49,185 nt of DNA from an uncultured Candidatus Saccharibacteria bacterium (GCA_964391975.1 CAYMNZ010000001.1:81280-130464), one strand, 5' to 3'; counted from the first letter of the stretch, positions 18,737 through 28,762 are shown. Notes: generated by a model from the letters alone, not told the origin. Numbers and translations are program-made.

Positions 18737-20528
18737 GTTTATCAATAGGGAGTCCGCGCTCAAGCGCGACATAGTAGGCAAAGAGCTGAAGGGGAATGGT
18801 GGTCAGTATTGGCATGAAAAGTTCATCGGCCTCGGGCACCGTGATGACGTCATCGGCAAGACCCTTGAGGTCGTCTTCTTTGCCTTCGGTCGTAATCGCG
18901 ATGATGCGTCCGCCGCGTGCGCGAATCTCCTGCATGTTTGACTTTGATTTCTCGTACATGGAATCGTTAGGAGCAAGCACCACCGAAAGGAACGAAGGCT
19001 CGATAAGCGCGATGGGGCCGTGCTTCATCTCACCTGCGCCGTAGGCTTCAGCGTGTATATAGGAAATTTCCTTGAGCTTGATGGCACCTTCGTAGGCGAT
19101 AGGGTACTGCATCTTGCGGCCAAGGAAGAAGGCACCAGTGGTGTCTGCGTAGCGTTTTGCGATGTCGCGAATCTTGTCGTGATTGGCGAGAATGGAGCGT
19201 GCAAGTTCCGGGACGCGTGCGAGCTCTTTCACGAGTCGCTCGCCTTCAGGGGCAGAGAGGCCGTTGTTGCGGCCAAGAAGAAGGGCAACGAGCGCGAGCA
19301 CCGTCATCTGGGAGACCACTGCCTTGGTTGAGGCAACGCTTATTTCAGGGCCTGCATGGTTGTAGACACCAGCATCAGTCTCGCGCGCAATAGAGGAGCC
19401 GACAACGTTCACGACACCGAGGCACAGTATGCCGTGGCGTTTTGCTTCGCGTATGGCCTCGATGGTGTCGAGTGTCTCGCCAGACTGAGAGATTGCAAAG
19501 AGAATCGTGTTCTCAGGGTCCATCGTGTTCCTGCGGTAGCGCAGTTCTGAGGCAAGGACCGTCTCAACGGGAATGCCGGTCAACTCTTCAATAAGGAGCT
19601 CACCAATCTGGGCTGCGTAGAAGGCGCTGCCGCAGGCGGTAATCACAATGTTCTTCACCTTCTTGATGCGAGGGAGCACATCGCGCAGTCCTCCGAGGTT
19701 TACCTCACCACTTGAAGGAACCAAACGACCACGGAGCGAGTTCTCAATTGCCTCCGGAATTTCCATCATCTCTTTGAGCATGAAATGCTCATAGCCTTTC
19801 TTTTGTGCGGATTCAATATCCCAGTCGAGCGTCTCTATTTCTTTCGTAAGCGGCTCCTGAGAGAGGGTCGTGACGCTATAGCCATCAGGAGTTAGCACTG
19901 CAATCTCGCGGTCGTCCAGATAAATAACGTCGCGGGTGTGCTTGAGAATTGGAGTGGCGTCAGAGGCGACGTAGTACTCGTCCTTACCGATGCCAAGCAT
20001 GATGGGGGAAGCCAGGCGTGCAGCCACAATCTTCTCTGGCTCGCGCTTACTTGCAACCGCAAGGCCGTAGGTGCCACGCACTTCTTTGAGCGCAGCTGCC
20101 ACGGCTTCCTCAAGCGGTACGTCCTTTGTGTACTTGCTCGCGATGAGGCCTGCGAGAACTTCGGTGTCAGTGTCTGACTTGAAGGTCATGCCGTCCTTGG
20201 CGAGCTTCTCCTTTATATCGGCATAGTTCTCGATGATGCCGTTGTGCACTAGCCAGACCTCACCACTCTCGTCTGAGTGCGGGTGTGCGTTGGTCTCCGT
20301 TGGAGCACCGTGGGTGGCCCAGCGGGTGTGTGCGATGCCGCAGGTGCCCTCGAAGGAGGCAGGGAGAGCATCAGCAAGCATAGCGACCTGGCCTGCGCGC
20401 TTCATGGAGCCTGCACCACTTATATAGATGCCCGCAGAGTCGTACCCACGGTACTCAAGGGCTCTAAGCCCATTCATCAGAATGGGGGATGCATTGCGGG
20501 GGCCTATGTAGCCAACGATTCCACACAT
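18702..20528 (-). CDS. glmS: Glutamine-fructose-6-phosphate aminotransferase
   Basis: MCGIVG, LEYRGYDSAG, HTRWATHG, SQSGET, PRNLAKSVTVE. Confidence 0.98.
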   Translation of the reverse strand: MCGIVGYIGPRNASPILMNGLRALEYRGYDSAGIYISGAGSMKRAGQVAMLADALPASFEGTCGIAHTRWATHGAPTETNAHPHSDESGEVWLVHNGIIENYADIKEKLAKDGMTFKSDTDTEVLAGLIASKYTKDVPLEEAVAAALKEVRGTYGLAVASKREPEKIVAARLASPIMLGIGKDEYYVASDATPILKHTRDVIYLDDREIAVLTPDGYSVTTLSQEPLTKEIETLDWDIESAQKKGYEHFMLKEMMEIPEAIENSLRGRLVPSSGEVNLGGLRDVLPRIKKVKNIVITACGSAFYAAQIGELLIEELTGIPVETVLASELRYRRNTMDPENTILFAISQSGETLDTIEAIREAKRHGILCLGVVNVVGSSIARETDAGVYNHAGPEISVASTKAVVSQMTVLALVALLLGRNNGLSAPEGERLVKELARVPELARSILANHDKIRDIAKRYADTTGAFFLGRKMQYPIAYEGAIKLKEISYIHAEAYGAGEMKHGPIALIEPSFLSVVLAPNDSMYEKSKSNMQEIRARGGRIIAITTEGKEDDLKGLADDVITVPEADELFMPILTTIPLQLFAYYVALERGLPIDKPRNLAKSVTVE

Positions 20529-20628
20529 ATGTTAAAGGAAGAGTATACCGTTAGTAACTTCGCGCAAGCTTACCAGGTTGCTTGGTGAAGATTGAAAGAA
20601 GTCCCGTAATCAGCTAGGATGCGGGAAC

Positions 20629-20704
20629 GCCGATGTAGCTCAGTTGGTAGAGCGCGTCCATGGTAAGGACGAGGTCTCCGGTTCGATCCCGGACATCGGC
20701 TCCA
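20629..20704 (+). tRNA. tRNA-Thr (GGT), CCA encoded
   Basis: GCCGATG/CATCGGC acceptor stem, CGTCC-ATGGTAA-GGACG anticodon arm. Confidence 0.95.
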
Positions 20705-20705
20705 T

Positions 20706-21413
20706 ATGAAGTGTTTCTCCGCCCTTCTCCTCGTTCTCGTACTTATTACTCCTTTTGGAGCGAATGCTGCTGCGCTCAAGAAGCCGGTTATCGTAAAGAG
20801 TGCACCGGTGGTATCTCCCATCGCTCGGATAGGGGAAGAGATTGCGATACATGGCAAATACCTCTACAACACCACTCGCGTTACGTTCACCGGAGACGCA
20901 GTAGCCACAGACGTACGTGAGTACGCCGGTACGCTCTCATCCGATGGGCACACCATGCTGAAGGATCGTATTCTTCTCACCGTGCCGCCGGGTGCTCGGG
21001 ATGGGGATATAGAGGTCTGTAACGGCACCAAGTGCGCAGTGATTAAGAAGGCCATCGATATCACCTCGGACGTGAATGCCGCCTCCATCATCACGCTCGT
21101 AGAGCCGAACAAGCAGAAGACCTATGACCCGAAGAAAAAGATGACGGTCAAATTTTCTATAGAGAACTGGAAAAACCAAGGAGTGGCCGTCTACCTCCTC
21201 CGCTACGACGGCAATCCAAAGGGACCGTCGCCTTATTTCCTCGGAAGCGTAGCAAGCAAGAAGAAGTCGTTCTCCTTCGTTCCCGCGTCTCTCCAGAACG
21301 CGTTCGTGAGCTACCCGGGTAATATCTACAAAATAAAGGTCTGCAACAATCCGTACTGCGAAATGATGGATGTGAGTGAGGAGTACTTTGGGTTTAAACC
21401 GAAGAAATACTAG
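20706..21413 (+). CDS. Secreted protein with probable Ig-like (IPT/TIG-like) domains
   Basis: Signal peptide ending ANA-A; beta-rich sequence; GEEIAIHG and LTVPPGARDG pattern. Confidence 0.65.
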   Translation: MKCFSALLLVLVLITPFGANAAALKKPVIVKSAPVVSPIARIGEEIAIHGKYLYNTTRVTFTGDAVATDVREYAGTLSSDGHTMLKDRILLTVPPGARDGDIEVCNGTKCAVIKKAIDITSDVNAASIITLVEPNKQKTYDPKKKMTVKFSIENWKNQGVAVYLLRYDGNPKGPSPYFLGSVASKKKSFSFVPASLQNAFVSYPGNIYKIKVCNNPYCEMMDVSEEYFGFKPKKY

Positions 21414-21846
21414 CCCCAGGTGCCTTGTTTCTCTGGTGTTTGAGTGCAGCGACAGACGTAAGCCACAGTGAACCAAAGAAGAGAATTGGTCCGGCTACCA
21501 TAAGGTAGAGGAACCCAGTCATGGCTGCTCCAAAATCACTCGGGAACAGTGTTCCGAGCTGGATGAGGTATAAGACGTGGAGTAGCACGAATGCCACGCA
21601 ACAAAGAACGATAAGTCCCTTTACGATTCTGCTGAAGAGACCCATGTATGGAGTGGAGAACACAAAGGCAAGTGCGATGAATGGAAGACCAAGGAACGCA
21701 TACTCAAGCATTGCGTTTGCAATAGGGTCCCATACACGCAGGTACCACCACACGGTGTTCGTGAACTGCTGCAGGACGAGCGAGAGAAGGTAAATGGCAA
21801 CAGGCGCCAGAAGCGCTATGTTTGCCAGTAGATAGAGTTTGCGCAT
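21394..21846 (-). CDS. Hypothetical membrane protein
   Basis: About four hydrophobic segments; directly downstream of the cupin PGI. Confidence 0.65.
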   Translation of the reverse strand: MRKLYLLANIALLAPVAIYLLSLVLQQFTNTVWWYLRVWDPIANAMLEYAFLGLPFIALAFVFSTPYMGLFSRIVKGLIVLCCVAFVLLHVLYLIQLGTLFPSDFGAAMTGFLYLMVAGPILFFGSLWLTSVAALKHQRNKAPGASISSV

Positions 21847-21847
21847 T

Positions 21848-22435
21848 TTATTGCTGCGTTACTGGAAGGCCTCCAAAATCTTCCTTTTGAATCTCTGTGT
21901 AAAGGGGATTGCGCAGCAGCGCGGGCTTTCCATCGCGCTCAACAACGTAGTAGGCGAATCCTTTCATCTGCTTTACGAGTCCGTAGTCAGCGTGTCCAGG
22001 GAGTCCTGCTGGGTCTGGGTCATCGAAGTGGACAGGGCTGTCGTCTGCCGTGACGAAGTAGGTCTTTCCGGTGTTCACGGCGAGATGTCCGTGGCCTGAT
22101 GGCATGTAGACTTCATCGCCCGCCTTGACCGGGACAGCGGTGAACTCTTCAATGACGCCAGGCGTCGCTCCCATCTTCTGTCGCAGGATGATTCCCTCAC
22201 CAAGAAGTATCCAGTACGTCTCATCGAGATCTCCTATATGGTAATGGCCGTAGGTTTTGATGTATTCATCGCCCACAAGCCCCGGCTCCCAGACGGTAAT
22301 GTTCCTCTGGTCCGTGCCGCCACGAATCATGTAGTAGTGCACTGAAGGCCCTGGAAGCTCAGGATGGAGGAGTACCTCCTGCATCTTCTCGTGCGTGCGA
22401 GCTGCGTAGTGCTTTGGGACGTTGCTGAAATCCAT
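21848..22435 (-). CDS. Cupin-type (archaeal-type) glucose-6-phosphate isomerase
   Basis: EYIKTYGHYH, ETYWILLGEG, YMPSGHGHLAVNTG; ATG 22435 lies 7 nt after TATACT. Confidence 0.82.
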   Translation of the reverse strand: MDFSNVPKHYAARTHEKMQEVLLHPELPGPSVHYYMIRGGTDQRNITVWEPGLVGDEYIKTYGHYHIGDLDETYWILLGEGIILRQKMGATPGVIEEFTAVPVKAGDEVYMPSGHGHLAVNTGKTYFVTADDSPVHFDDPDPAGLPGHADYGLVKQMKGFAYYVVERDGKPALLRNPLYTEIQKEDFGGLPVTQQ

Positions 22436-22490
22436 AGAAATAAGTATACCGCGTTGCGTGAGCCTCGCTAAAAGGCTATAAAAGGTACGC

Positions 22491-22566
22491 GCCACCGTAG
22501 CTCAGTTGGTAGAGCATCTCACTCGTAACGAGAAGGTCGCCAGTTCAATCCTGGCCGGTGGCTCCA
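22491..22566 (+). tRNA. tRNA-Thr (CGT), CCA encoded
   Basis: GCCACCG/CGGTGGC acceptor stem, CTCGTAA anticodon loop, TTCAATC T-loop. Confidence 0.93.
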
Positions 22567-22570
22567 CAAT

Positions 22571-22945
22571 ATGGCAGACGACGATTTTCCAGGCCCAGGA
22601 GACTACGCCCGTAAGCGTGCGGAAGAGATTGAGAAGGAGGCAAACATTGGTCCTCTTGAGATAAGTGGGCTCGGCATACCGTTTGAAGATTTGATACACG
22701 GTCATGCGGTTCCTCCAGATTTCGTAAGTCAGCTTATGGGGTACTACCGTGTGGCAATAGAAGAGCACGAAGGCTGGACGCCAACGCATGAGCTACAGGA
22801 TTCGGTACTGAAGTCAGTGCGCCGCTATCAAGACAAGAACGACCCGGACTCCTACGTCGTACAGTTCACCTATCCGCTTCCAACTGGACTCACTGGCGTG
22901 TATCGCTATTCAGTTTCGAAGGACGATTTCCCCCGCAAGCAGTGA
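22571..22945 (+). CDS. Hypothetical protein
   Basis: 124-aa ORF filling the gap between the tRNA and prfB. Confidence 0.6.
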   Translation: MADDDFPGPGDYARKRAEEIEKEANIGPLEISGLGIPFEDLIHGHAVPPDFVSQLMGYYRVAIEEHEGWTPTHELQDSVLKSVRRYQDKNDPDSYVVQFTYPLPTGLTGVYRYSVSKDDFPRKQ

Positions 22946-22972
22946 GAAAGCGCAGTGCGGTATACTCGTTCA

Positions 22973-23848
22973 ATGAACGAGGAGAACCCGCGTCTTGCGG
23001 AAATTGAGGCACTGATGGCCTCGCCAGATTTCTGGAGCGACAAGGATGCCGCGCAGCGCATCGTGCGCGAGTACCAGTCCCTTAAAGAAGGGGGAAGCGG
23101 AGACGCACATGATTCAGGGGACGCGACGCTTGCCGTGCTTGCAGGAGCTGGTGGCGACGACGCTGAAGACTTCGCCCGCATGCTTCGTCGTATGTATGAG
23201 GGGTATGCGGTAACCAAAGGGTGGACCGTGCGAGAGCTTGATGCCAACGAGAACAGTCAAGGAGGGTTTCGTAACGCGCTGATTGAAATCAATGGCACCA
23301 ACGCCTACGGACGATTGAAGCACGAGGCAGGCGTGCACCGACTGGTGCGCATCTCCCCTTACAACGCGCAGGCAAAGCGCCAGACCTCCTTTGCAATGGT
23401 TGAGGTATTGCCGCGCATCGCACCGTCGGAGAAGATTGAACTCAATCCGGACGACCTCGACATCCAGTTCGCTCGCTCTGGAGGAGCAGGAGGCCAGAAC
23501 GTGAACAAACGAGAGACTGCTGTTCGAATCGTGCACACTCCAACCGGAGTGTCTGCACACGTCTCTTCTGAGAGGAGTCAGATTGCTAACCGCGAGCGTG
23601 CACTTGAGCTGGTGAAGGCCAAGCTCTTCAAGCTTGAGGAGGAACGAAGGGAAGCGGAGGCTAAGGGTCGCTCCATAAGCTCCACTGTTAAGAATGAGTG
23701 GGGGAGCCAGCGCCGCTCCTACGTGCTCCATCCCTACAAGATGGTGAAAGACCATGAGACTGGGCACGAATCAGGCAATCCTGAGGCCGTACTTGAGGGA
23801 GACCTCGACGATTTCATAGACGCAAGTGCCAAAGGTGAGGTAGAATAG
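22973..23848 (+). CDS. prfB: Peptide chain release factor 2 (short form)
   Basis: [38 protein letters not shown]; located before ftsEX. Confidence 0.9.
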   Translation: MNEENPRLAEIEALMASPDFWSDKDAAQRIVREYQSLKEGGSGDAHDSGDATLAVLAGAGGDDAEDFARMLRRMYEGYAVTKGWTVRELDANENSQGGFRNALIEINGTNAYGRLKHEAGVHRLVRISPYNAQAKRQTSFAMVEVLPRIAPSEKIELNPDDLDIQFARSGGAGGQNVNKRETAVRIVHTPTGVSAHVSSERSQIANRERALELVKAKLFKLEEERREAEAKGRSISSTVKNEWGSQRRSYVLHPYKMVKDHETGHESGNPEAVLEGDLDDFIDASAKGEVE

Positions 23849-23857
23849 CTCGGTTAT

Positions 23858-24538
23858 ATGATCTACTTCGACAATGTGACGAAAGAGTATCGAGACGGAA
23901 CTCCCGCGCTCGAAGAAGTGACCCTCTCCATCGCCCCTAAAGAGTTCGTTTCCATCGTCGGTCAGTCAGGTGCAGGGAAGACCACACTTGTAAAGACTCT
24001 GCTTGCAGAGCTGAGGCCTTCAAGTGGTTCGGTGTTCTTTGAGTCAGTGGACATTCACACACTTCCCTCGACTTCGCTCCACCACTACCGCCGCAAGCTT
24101 GGCACCGTGTTCCAGGATTTCCGCCTCATTCCTAACAAGACTGCCTACGAGAACATCGCCTTTGCGATGGAAGCTGCAGGTCGCCCTGATGACGAAATCG
24201 AATCTGACGTTCCCTACATTCTCGACCTTGTTGATTTGAGTGATAAAGCAGAGCACTTCCCGTGGCAGATGTCTGGCGGTGAGCAGCAGCGCGTTGCCAT
24301 TGGCCGCGCCATTGTGAATCAGCCTGATGTCATCATCGCGGACGAGCCAACGGGCAACCTCGACCCAGTGAACACGTTTGAGATTATGGAAATATTGAAA
24401 AAGATTAACGAGCTTGGTACGACCATCATCCTTACCACGCACAACAAGGGAGTGGTTGATGCGATGAAGAAGCGCGTCATCACGATGGAGAAGGGTCGCA
24501 TCGTGCGTGATGATCCTAATGGGCACTACATTCTCTAG
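23858..24538 (+). CDS. ftsE: Cell division ATP-binding protein FtsE
   Basis: GQSGAGKTT, VFQDFRL, SGGEQQRV, ADEPTGNLD; next to ftsX. Confidence 0.93.
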   Translation: MIYFDNVTKEYRDGTPALEEVTLSIAPKEFVSIVGQSGAGKTTLVKTLLAELRPSSGSVFFESVDIHTLPSTSLHHYRRKLGTVFQDFRLIPNKTAYENIAFAMEAAGRPDDEIESDVPYILDLVDLSDKAEHFPWQMSGGEQQRVAIGRAIVNQPDVIIADEPTGNLDPVNTFEIMEILKKINELGTTIILTTHNKGVVDAMKKRVITMEKGRIVRDDPNGHYIL

Positions 24539-24541
24539 ACT

Positions 24542-25468
24542 ATGAACTTCACAATGATGAGAAGGATGATAACGGGAGGAGCGAAGAATTTCGTTCGCAG
24601 TGGCTCCGTCTCCTTTGCAACGGTGCTCATCATGACGGTCACCCTCATGATTATTGGGTTCTTGATTTTCGTCTCTGCAATTCTCTCGCACACCTTGATG
24701 GCGATTGAAGACAAGGTGGACGTGAACATCTATTTCCATACGAATGCGACTGAACCGGAGATTCTCCTGGTACGTGACCAGCTTGCTGCTCTTCCTGAGG
24801 TATCGGTGGTGACTTACACCTCTCGCGACCAGGCACTCGCAGAGTTCCGTGAGCGCCATGCTGACGACCAGCTCACGCTCCAGGCACTTGAGGAGCTCGG
24901 TGAGAACCCGCTTGGGGCTTCGCTTGCAGTGAAGGCAAAAGATCCAGGCCAGTACGAGGGCATTGTGAACTTCCTTTCAGACGAGGAAGGAACGGCTGGA
25001 GGAAGCTCAGGCGTCATCGACCGCATCAACTACTTCCAGAACAAGGTAGTGATTGACCGCCTTACTTCAGCCATCAGGGCTACTGAAGGGGCAGGGTTTA
25101 TCATCGTGCTTCTCTTTGCACTCGCCTCAGCAATCATCGCCTTTGCGACTATCCGGCTTGCTATCTACACTGCTCGCGATGAGATTTCCGTCATGCGGCT
25201 GGTGGGTGCCTCCAATATGTATATCCGTGGTCCCTTCATCGTGGCAGGCATCATGGCCGGGCTCCTTGCGGCTGCCATCACGCTTATTCTCTTCTATCCT
25301 ATTGCCTGGTATGTGGGCTCGACTGCCAGCGGATGGCTTGGTGGCTTCAATCTCTTTAACTACTACGTAGGAGAGTTCCCTAAGATCTTCCTCATCCTCG
25401 TTGGTGGAGGCGTACTCCTCAGCGGTGTAGCAAGCTGGTTTGCGGTGCGTAAGTACCTCAGGACCTAA
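24542..25468 (+). CDS. ftsX: Cell division permease FtsX
   Basis: Four TM helices; ENPL and TIRLAIYTARDEISVMRLVGA...IRGPF. Confidence 0.93.
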   Translation: MNFTMMRRMITGGAKNFVRSGSVSFATVLIMTVTLMIIGFLIFVSAILSHTLMAIEDKVDVNIYFHTNATEPEILLVRDQLAALPEVSVVTYTSRDQALAEFRERHADDQLTLQALEELGENPLGASLAVKAKDPGQYEGIVNFLSDEEGTAGGSSGVIDRINYFQNKVVIDRLTSAIRATEGAGFIIVLLFALASAIIAFATIRLAIYTARDEISVMRLVGASNMYIRGPFIVAGIMAGLLAAAITLILFYPIAWYVGSTASGWLGGFNLFNYYVGEFPKIFLILVGGGVLLSGVASWFAVRKYLRT

Positions 25469-25472
25469 GCGT

Positions 25473-27116
25473 ATGGCAACCAAAGGACACAAATACATAT
25501 TCGTAATAGGCGGTGTGATGAGCGGCGTCGGTAAGGGCATCGCGTCTTCCTCCATTGGTCTCATCCTCAAGCAGCGCGGGTACAAGGTGAACCTCGTGAA
25601 GATTGACCCGTATCTGAACGTGGATGCAGGAACGATGAACCCAACCGAGCACGGTGAGGTGTTCGTCTTGCGTAACGGACTCGAGACCGACCAGGACATG
25701 GGTAACTACGAGCGCTTCCTTGGTCGCGACCTTGGTCCTGAGGACTACATGACTTCGGGCATGGTCTACAAGTCAGTCATTGAAGCGGAGCGCGCGCTTA
25801 AGTACGGAGGAAAGTGTGTGGAAGCCATCCCGCACGTGCGTGATGAGATTCTTCGCCGCATCGAGGGAGCTGCAGCACACAACGGAAGTCAGGTGTCAGT
25901 CATAGAGATTGGTGGCACGGTAGGGGACTTCCAGAATGCCCTCTACATCGAAGCAGCGCGCGTGCTTAAGATGCACTACCCAGAGGATGTGCTCTATGTA
26001 ATGGTTTCCTACCTTCCGGTGCCGTCGACTCTTGGTGAAATGAAGACCAAGCCGACGCAGAGCGCGGTTCGTGAGCTGAATGCCTACGGGGTGCAGCCAG
26101 ATTTCATCATTGCTCGCTCAAAGGAGCGCATTGATGAGAAGCGCAAAGAGAAGATTGCGATTTCAACGAACGTGCGTCCGGAGCACATCATTTCTGCTCC
26201 TGACGTAAATTCTATCTATGATGTGCCGCTTAACTTTGAGAAGGATAATCTGGGCGACATTCTAACTGACCAACTTGGCCTCAAGAGGAGTTCCACTGAC
26301 CTCAAGGAGTGGGAGAAGTTTGTTTCTCGCGTTTCGGCAGGTGGCCCTGAGATTACGATTGGTATCGTCGGTAAGTATTTTGATACGGGTGATTACATTC
26401 TCTCCGATGCGTATCTTTCAGTGATTGAGGGTATTAAGTTCTCTGCTGCAGAGGTTGGGGTTACTGCCAAGATTGATTGGATTAACGCCAAGGACTTCCA
26501 GAATGGCGAGAACCTTGAGCGCCTCGCACAGTACGACGGCATTATCGTTCCGGGAGGATTTGGAGAGACGGGTATTGAAGGGAAGATTAATACCATTAAG
26601 TACGCACGCGAGAACAAGGTGCCGTACTTCGGCCTCTGCTACGGTATGCAGCTCGCTATGGTGGAGATTGCCCGCCACAAGATAGGACTTGAAGGAGCGC
26701 ACACAGTGGAGATTAATCCTGTCTGCCCTCACCCGATTATCGATGTGATGCCTGAGCAGAAGGACATCATTGCCACTGCTGATTACGGAGGCACTATGCG
26801 CCTTGGAAGCTATGTCGCAGAGCTTGGGAAGGGCACGATTGCACGCGAGGCCTATGGCACGGATAAGGTAGAGGAGCGCCACCGCCACCGCTATGAGGTG
26901 AATCCTGAGTACATCAAGCAGCTTGAAGATGCAGGTGTTGTCTTCTCTGGTAAGTCTCCAGACGGCGTTCTCATGGAAATTGCTGAGCTTCCACGCGATG
27001 TGCACCCGTTCTTCCTCGGCACGCAGTTTCATCCAGAGCTTCAGGCACGTCCGCTTGCTCCACACCCTTTGTTTACTGAGTTCTTGAAGGCCGCAAAGAA
27101 GCGCGCAGGGAAGTAG
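25473..27116 (+). CDS. pyrG: CTP synthase
   Basis: GGVMSGVGKG, KIDPYLNVDAGTM, GLCYGMQ, RHRHRYE, QFHPE. Confidence 0.98.
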   Translation: MATKGHKYIFVIGGVMSGVGKGIASSSIGLILKQRGYKVNLVKIDPYLNVDAGTMNPTEHGEVFVLRNGLETDQDMGNYERFLGRDLGPEDYMTSGMVYKSVIEAERALKYGGKCVEAIPHVRDEILRRIEGAAAHNGSQVSVIEIGGTVGDFQNALYIEAARVLKMHYPEDVLYVMVSYLPVPSTLGEMKTKPTQSAVRELNAYGVQPDFIIARSKERIDEKRKEKIAISTNVRPEHIISAPDVNSIYDVPLNFEKDNLGDILTDQLGLKRSSTDLKEWEKFVSRVSAGGPEITIGIVGKYFDTGDYILSDAYLSVIEGIKFSAAEVGVTAKIDWINAKDFQNGENLERLAQYDGIIVPGGFGETGIEGKINTIKYARENKVPYFGLCYGMQLAMVEIARHKIGLEGAHTVEINPVCPHPIIDVMPEQKDIIATADYGGTMRLGSYVAELGKGTIAREAYGTDKVEERHRHRYEVNPEYIKQLEDAGVVFSGKSPDGVLMEIAELPRDVHPFFLGTQFHPELQARPLAPHPLFTEFLKAAKKRAGK

Positions 27117-27121
27117 TCTCT

Positions 27122-27472
27122 ATGGGCACACTGCGCACGCCAGAAACAGAAGCTGCGTACACTAAGGTGAAAGAGGAGGGCCACCTTCGTGAAGGCTGCG
27201 TGCTCTGCACCATTCCTTCGGTGAAGGAGTTTAACGAGTGGAGGATTATTGAGAATAGGTTTCCGTATGACCTCATTGCGAGCGTGCACCACATGATTCT
27301 TCCAAAGCGCCATACTGCGGAGCTTTCCAAGAGCGAGCAGAAGGAGTACGAGGAAATCAAGGAGACGTACATGCAGCCCACCTATGAGTTCTTTATTGAG
27401 CCCGTGAATCGGCAGCGCTCCATTCCAGAGCACTGGCATCTGCATTTGATTACTGCCAAGCACACGTATTAA
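27122..27472 (+). CDS. HIT family protein
   Basis: CVLC, NRFPY and the HWHLH histidine triad. Confidence 0.8.
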   Translation: MGTLRTPETEAAYTKVKEEGHLREGCVLCTIPSVKEFNEWRIIENRFPYDLIASVHHMILPKRHTAELSKSEQKEYEEIKETYMQPTYEFFIEPVNRQRSIPEHWHLHLITAKHTY

Positions 27473-27498
27473 AAAAGCCCGGCACTGCCGGGCTTTTT
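27472..27498. terminator. Bidirectional terminator
   Basis: AAAAAGCCCGGCA-C-TGCCGGGCTTTTT between convergent genes. Confidence 0.85.
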
Positions 27499-27500
27499 GT

Positions 27501-28553
27501 TTAAATCTTTTCTATTGCTTCCCAAGGACGCCCTTCAACACCGAAGTGTCCGTAGGCAGCGGTCTCCTGGAAGATAGGACGGCGCAGCCCCAAGCGCTTC
27601 TCGATTTCTCGTGGGCGGAAGTCGAAGTTCTTGTTCACGATGTCAGAGAGGTTGTTTCCCTGGTCATCGAATGCCTCCACCATGACTGGGTCCACACGTC
27701 CGATAGCATAGGCCACTGAGACCAGTGCCTTCTTTGCGTGTCCGTTGGCCACAAGGTTCTTTGCGACAAAGCGGCACATGTAGGCTGCGGAGCGGTCCAC
27801 CTTGGTGGAGTCTTTTCCGGAGAAACAGCCGCCTCCGTGGGGGAGGAGACCACCATAGGTATCCACCATTATCTTCCTGCCTGTGAGGCCCGCATCTGCC
27901 TCAAAACCGCCCTGTACGAAGCGTCCGGTGGGGTTCACGAGTATCTCCACTCCCTCAGTGCTGCCGAGTATTGGAGTGAAGAGGTGCTCGATGAGGTCCT
28001 TACGAATGTCTTCCAGGTCTGCGTCTTCTGCGTGCTGGGTGGAGGTGAGTGCGGTGATGACCTTTCCATCCTTGATGGTTACTTGGGTCTTGCCGTCTGG
28101 GCGCAGGTAGGGGAGCGCGCCATCACGACGGAGCTTCTCGAGTCTCCTTGCGAGCGCGTGCGAGAGCACCACACCAAGCGGGAGGAACTCAGGAGTCTCA
28201 TCAGTTGCGTAGCCATACATGATGCCCTGGTCGCCAGCGCCTCCAGTGTCCACACCCATGGCGATGTCAGGGGACTGTGCGACCACACGAGAGAGGACTT
28301 CAAGGTCTTCGGTGTATCCAATGTCTGCGTATACCTTTCGTGCGATAGCTTCGCAGTCAGGGATGGCCTTGCTGGTGATTTCTCCTCCAATCATCAAGGT
28401 GCCGTGACTGCCGAAGGTCTCTACTGCAACGCGGGAGCTCGGGTCGCCTTCCAGACAGGCGTCGAGAATGGCATCTGACATCTGGTCACAGACTTTGTCC
28501 GGGTGTCCGGAGGTAACGCTTTCAGTGGTGTAGTGGGTAAGGGTATGGAACAT
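27501..28553 (-). CDS. metK: S-adenosylmethionine synthetase
   Basis: ESVTSGHPDK, GAGDQG, GLTGRKI, GGGCFSGKD..KVDRS. Confidence 0.98.
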   Translation of the reverse strand: MFHTLTHYTTESVTSGHPDKVCDQMSDAILDACLEGDPSSRVAVETFGSHGTLMIGGEITSKAIPDCEAIARKVYADIGYTEDLEVLSRVVAQSPDIAMGVDTGGAGDQGIMYGYATDETPEFLPLGVVLSHALARRLEKLRRDGALPYLRPDGKTQVTIKDGKVITALTSTQHAEDADLEDIRKDLIEHLFTPILGSTEGVEILVNPTGRFVQGGFEADAGLTGRKIMVDTYGGLLPHGGGCFSGKDSTKVDRSAAYMCRFVAKNLVANGHAKKALVSVAYAIGRVDPVMVEAFDDQGNNLSDIVNKNFDFRPREIEKRLGLRRPIFQETAAYGHFGVEGRPWEAIEKI

Positions 28554-28561
28554 AGTGGGTT

Positions 28562-28586
28562 AAATAAAAGTCCCGCCGTAGCGGGA
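28562..28586 (-). terminator. Attenuator terminator of the metK leader
   Basis: Minus strand TCCCGC-TACG-GCGGGA followed by CTTTTATTT, just before the metK ATG. Confidence 0.7.
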
Positions 28587-28596
28587 TGAGTGTGGT

Positions 28597-28693
28597 AAGC
28601 ATCGTCCCCCGTTCGGGGCTGGAGGCACCTTGCTTGTAGGCAGGTTGCCGGCGATGTCCTCGGGCCAGTACCCTCGTCGCGCTCTTGATACCT
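28597..28693 (-). ncRNA. SAM-I-family (S-box) riboswitch aptamer
   Basis: Minus strand TATCAAGAG...GAGGGTACTGGCCC...CGGCAACC...GGTGCC...GATG upstream of metK; P1 is AGGTATC/GATGCTT. Confidence 0.85.
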
Positions 28694-28762
28694 GATAATT
28701 GCTTCCGTTTGCGACTATACCACGGGTATATACTTGTGCCATAGCAACTAAATGGAACAGGT

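Noticed and set aside
20529-20628. glmS ribozyme
   Set aside because: No AGCGCC/GACGAGG core on the minus strand, too little space, and a -10 box lies close to the ATG.
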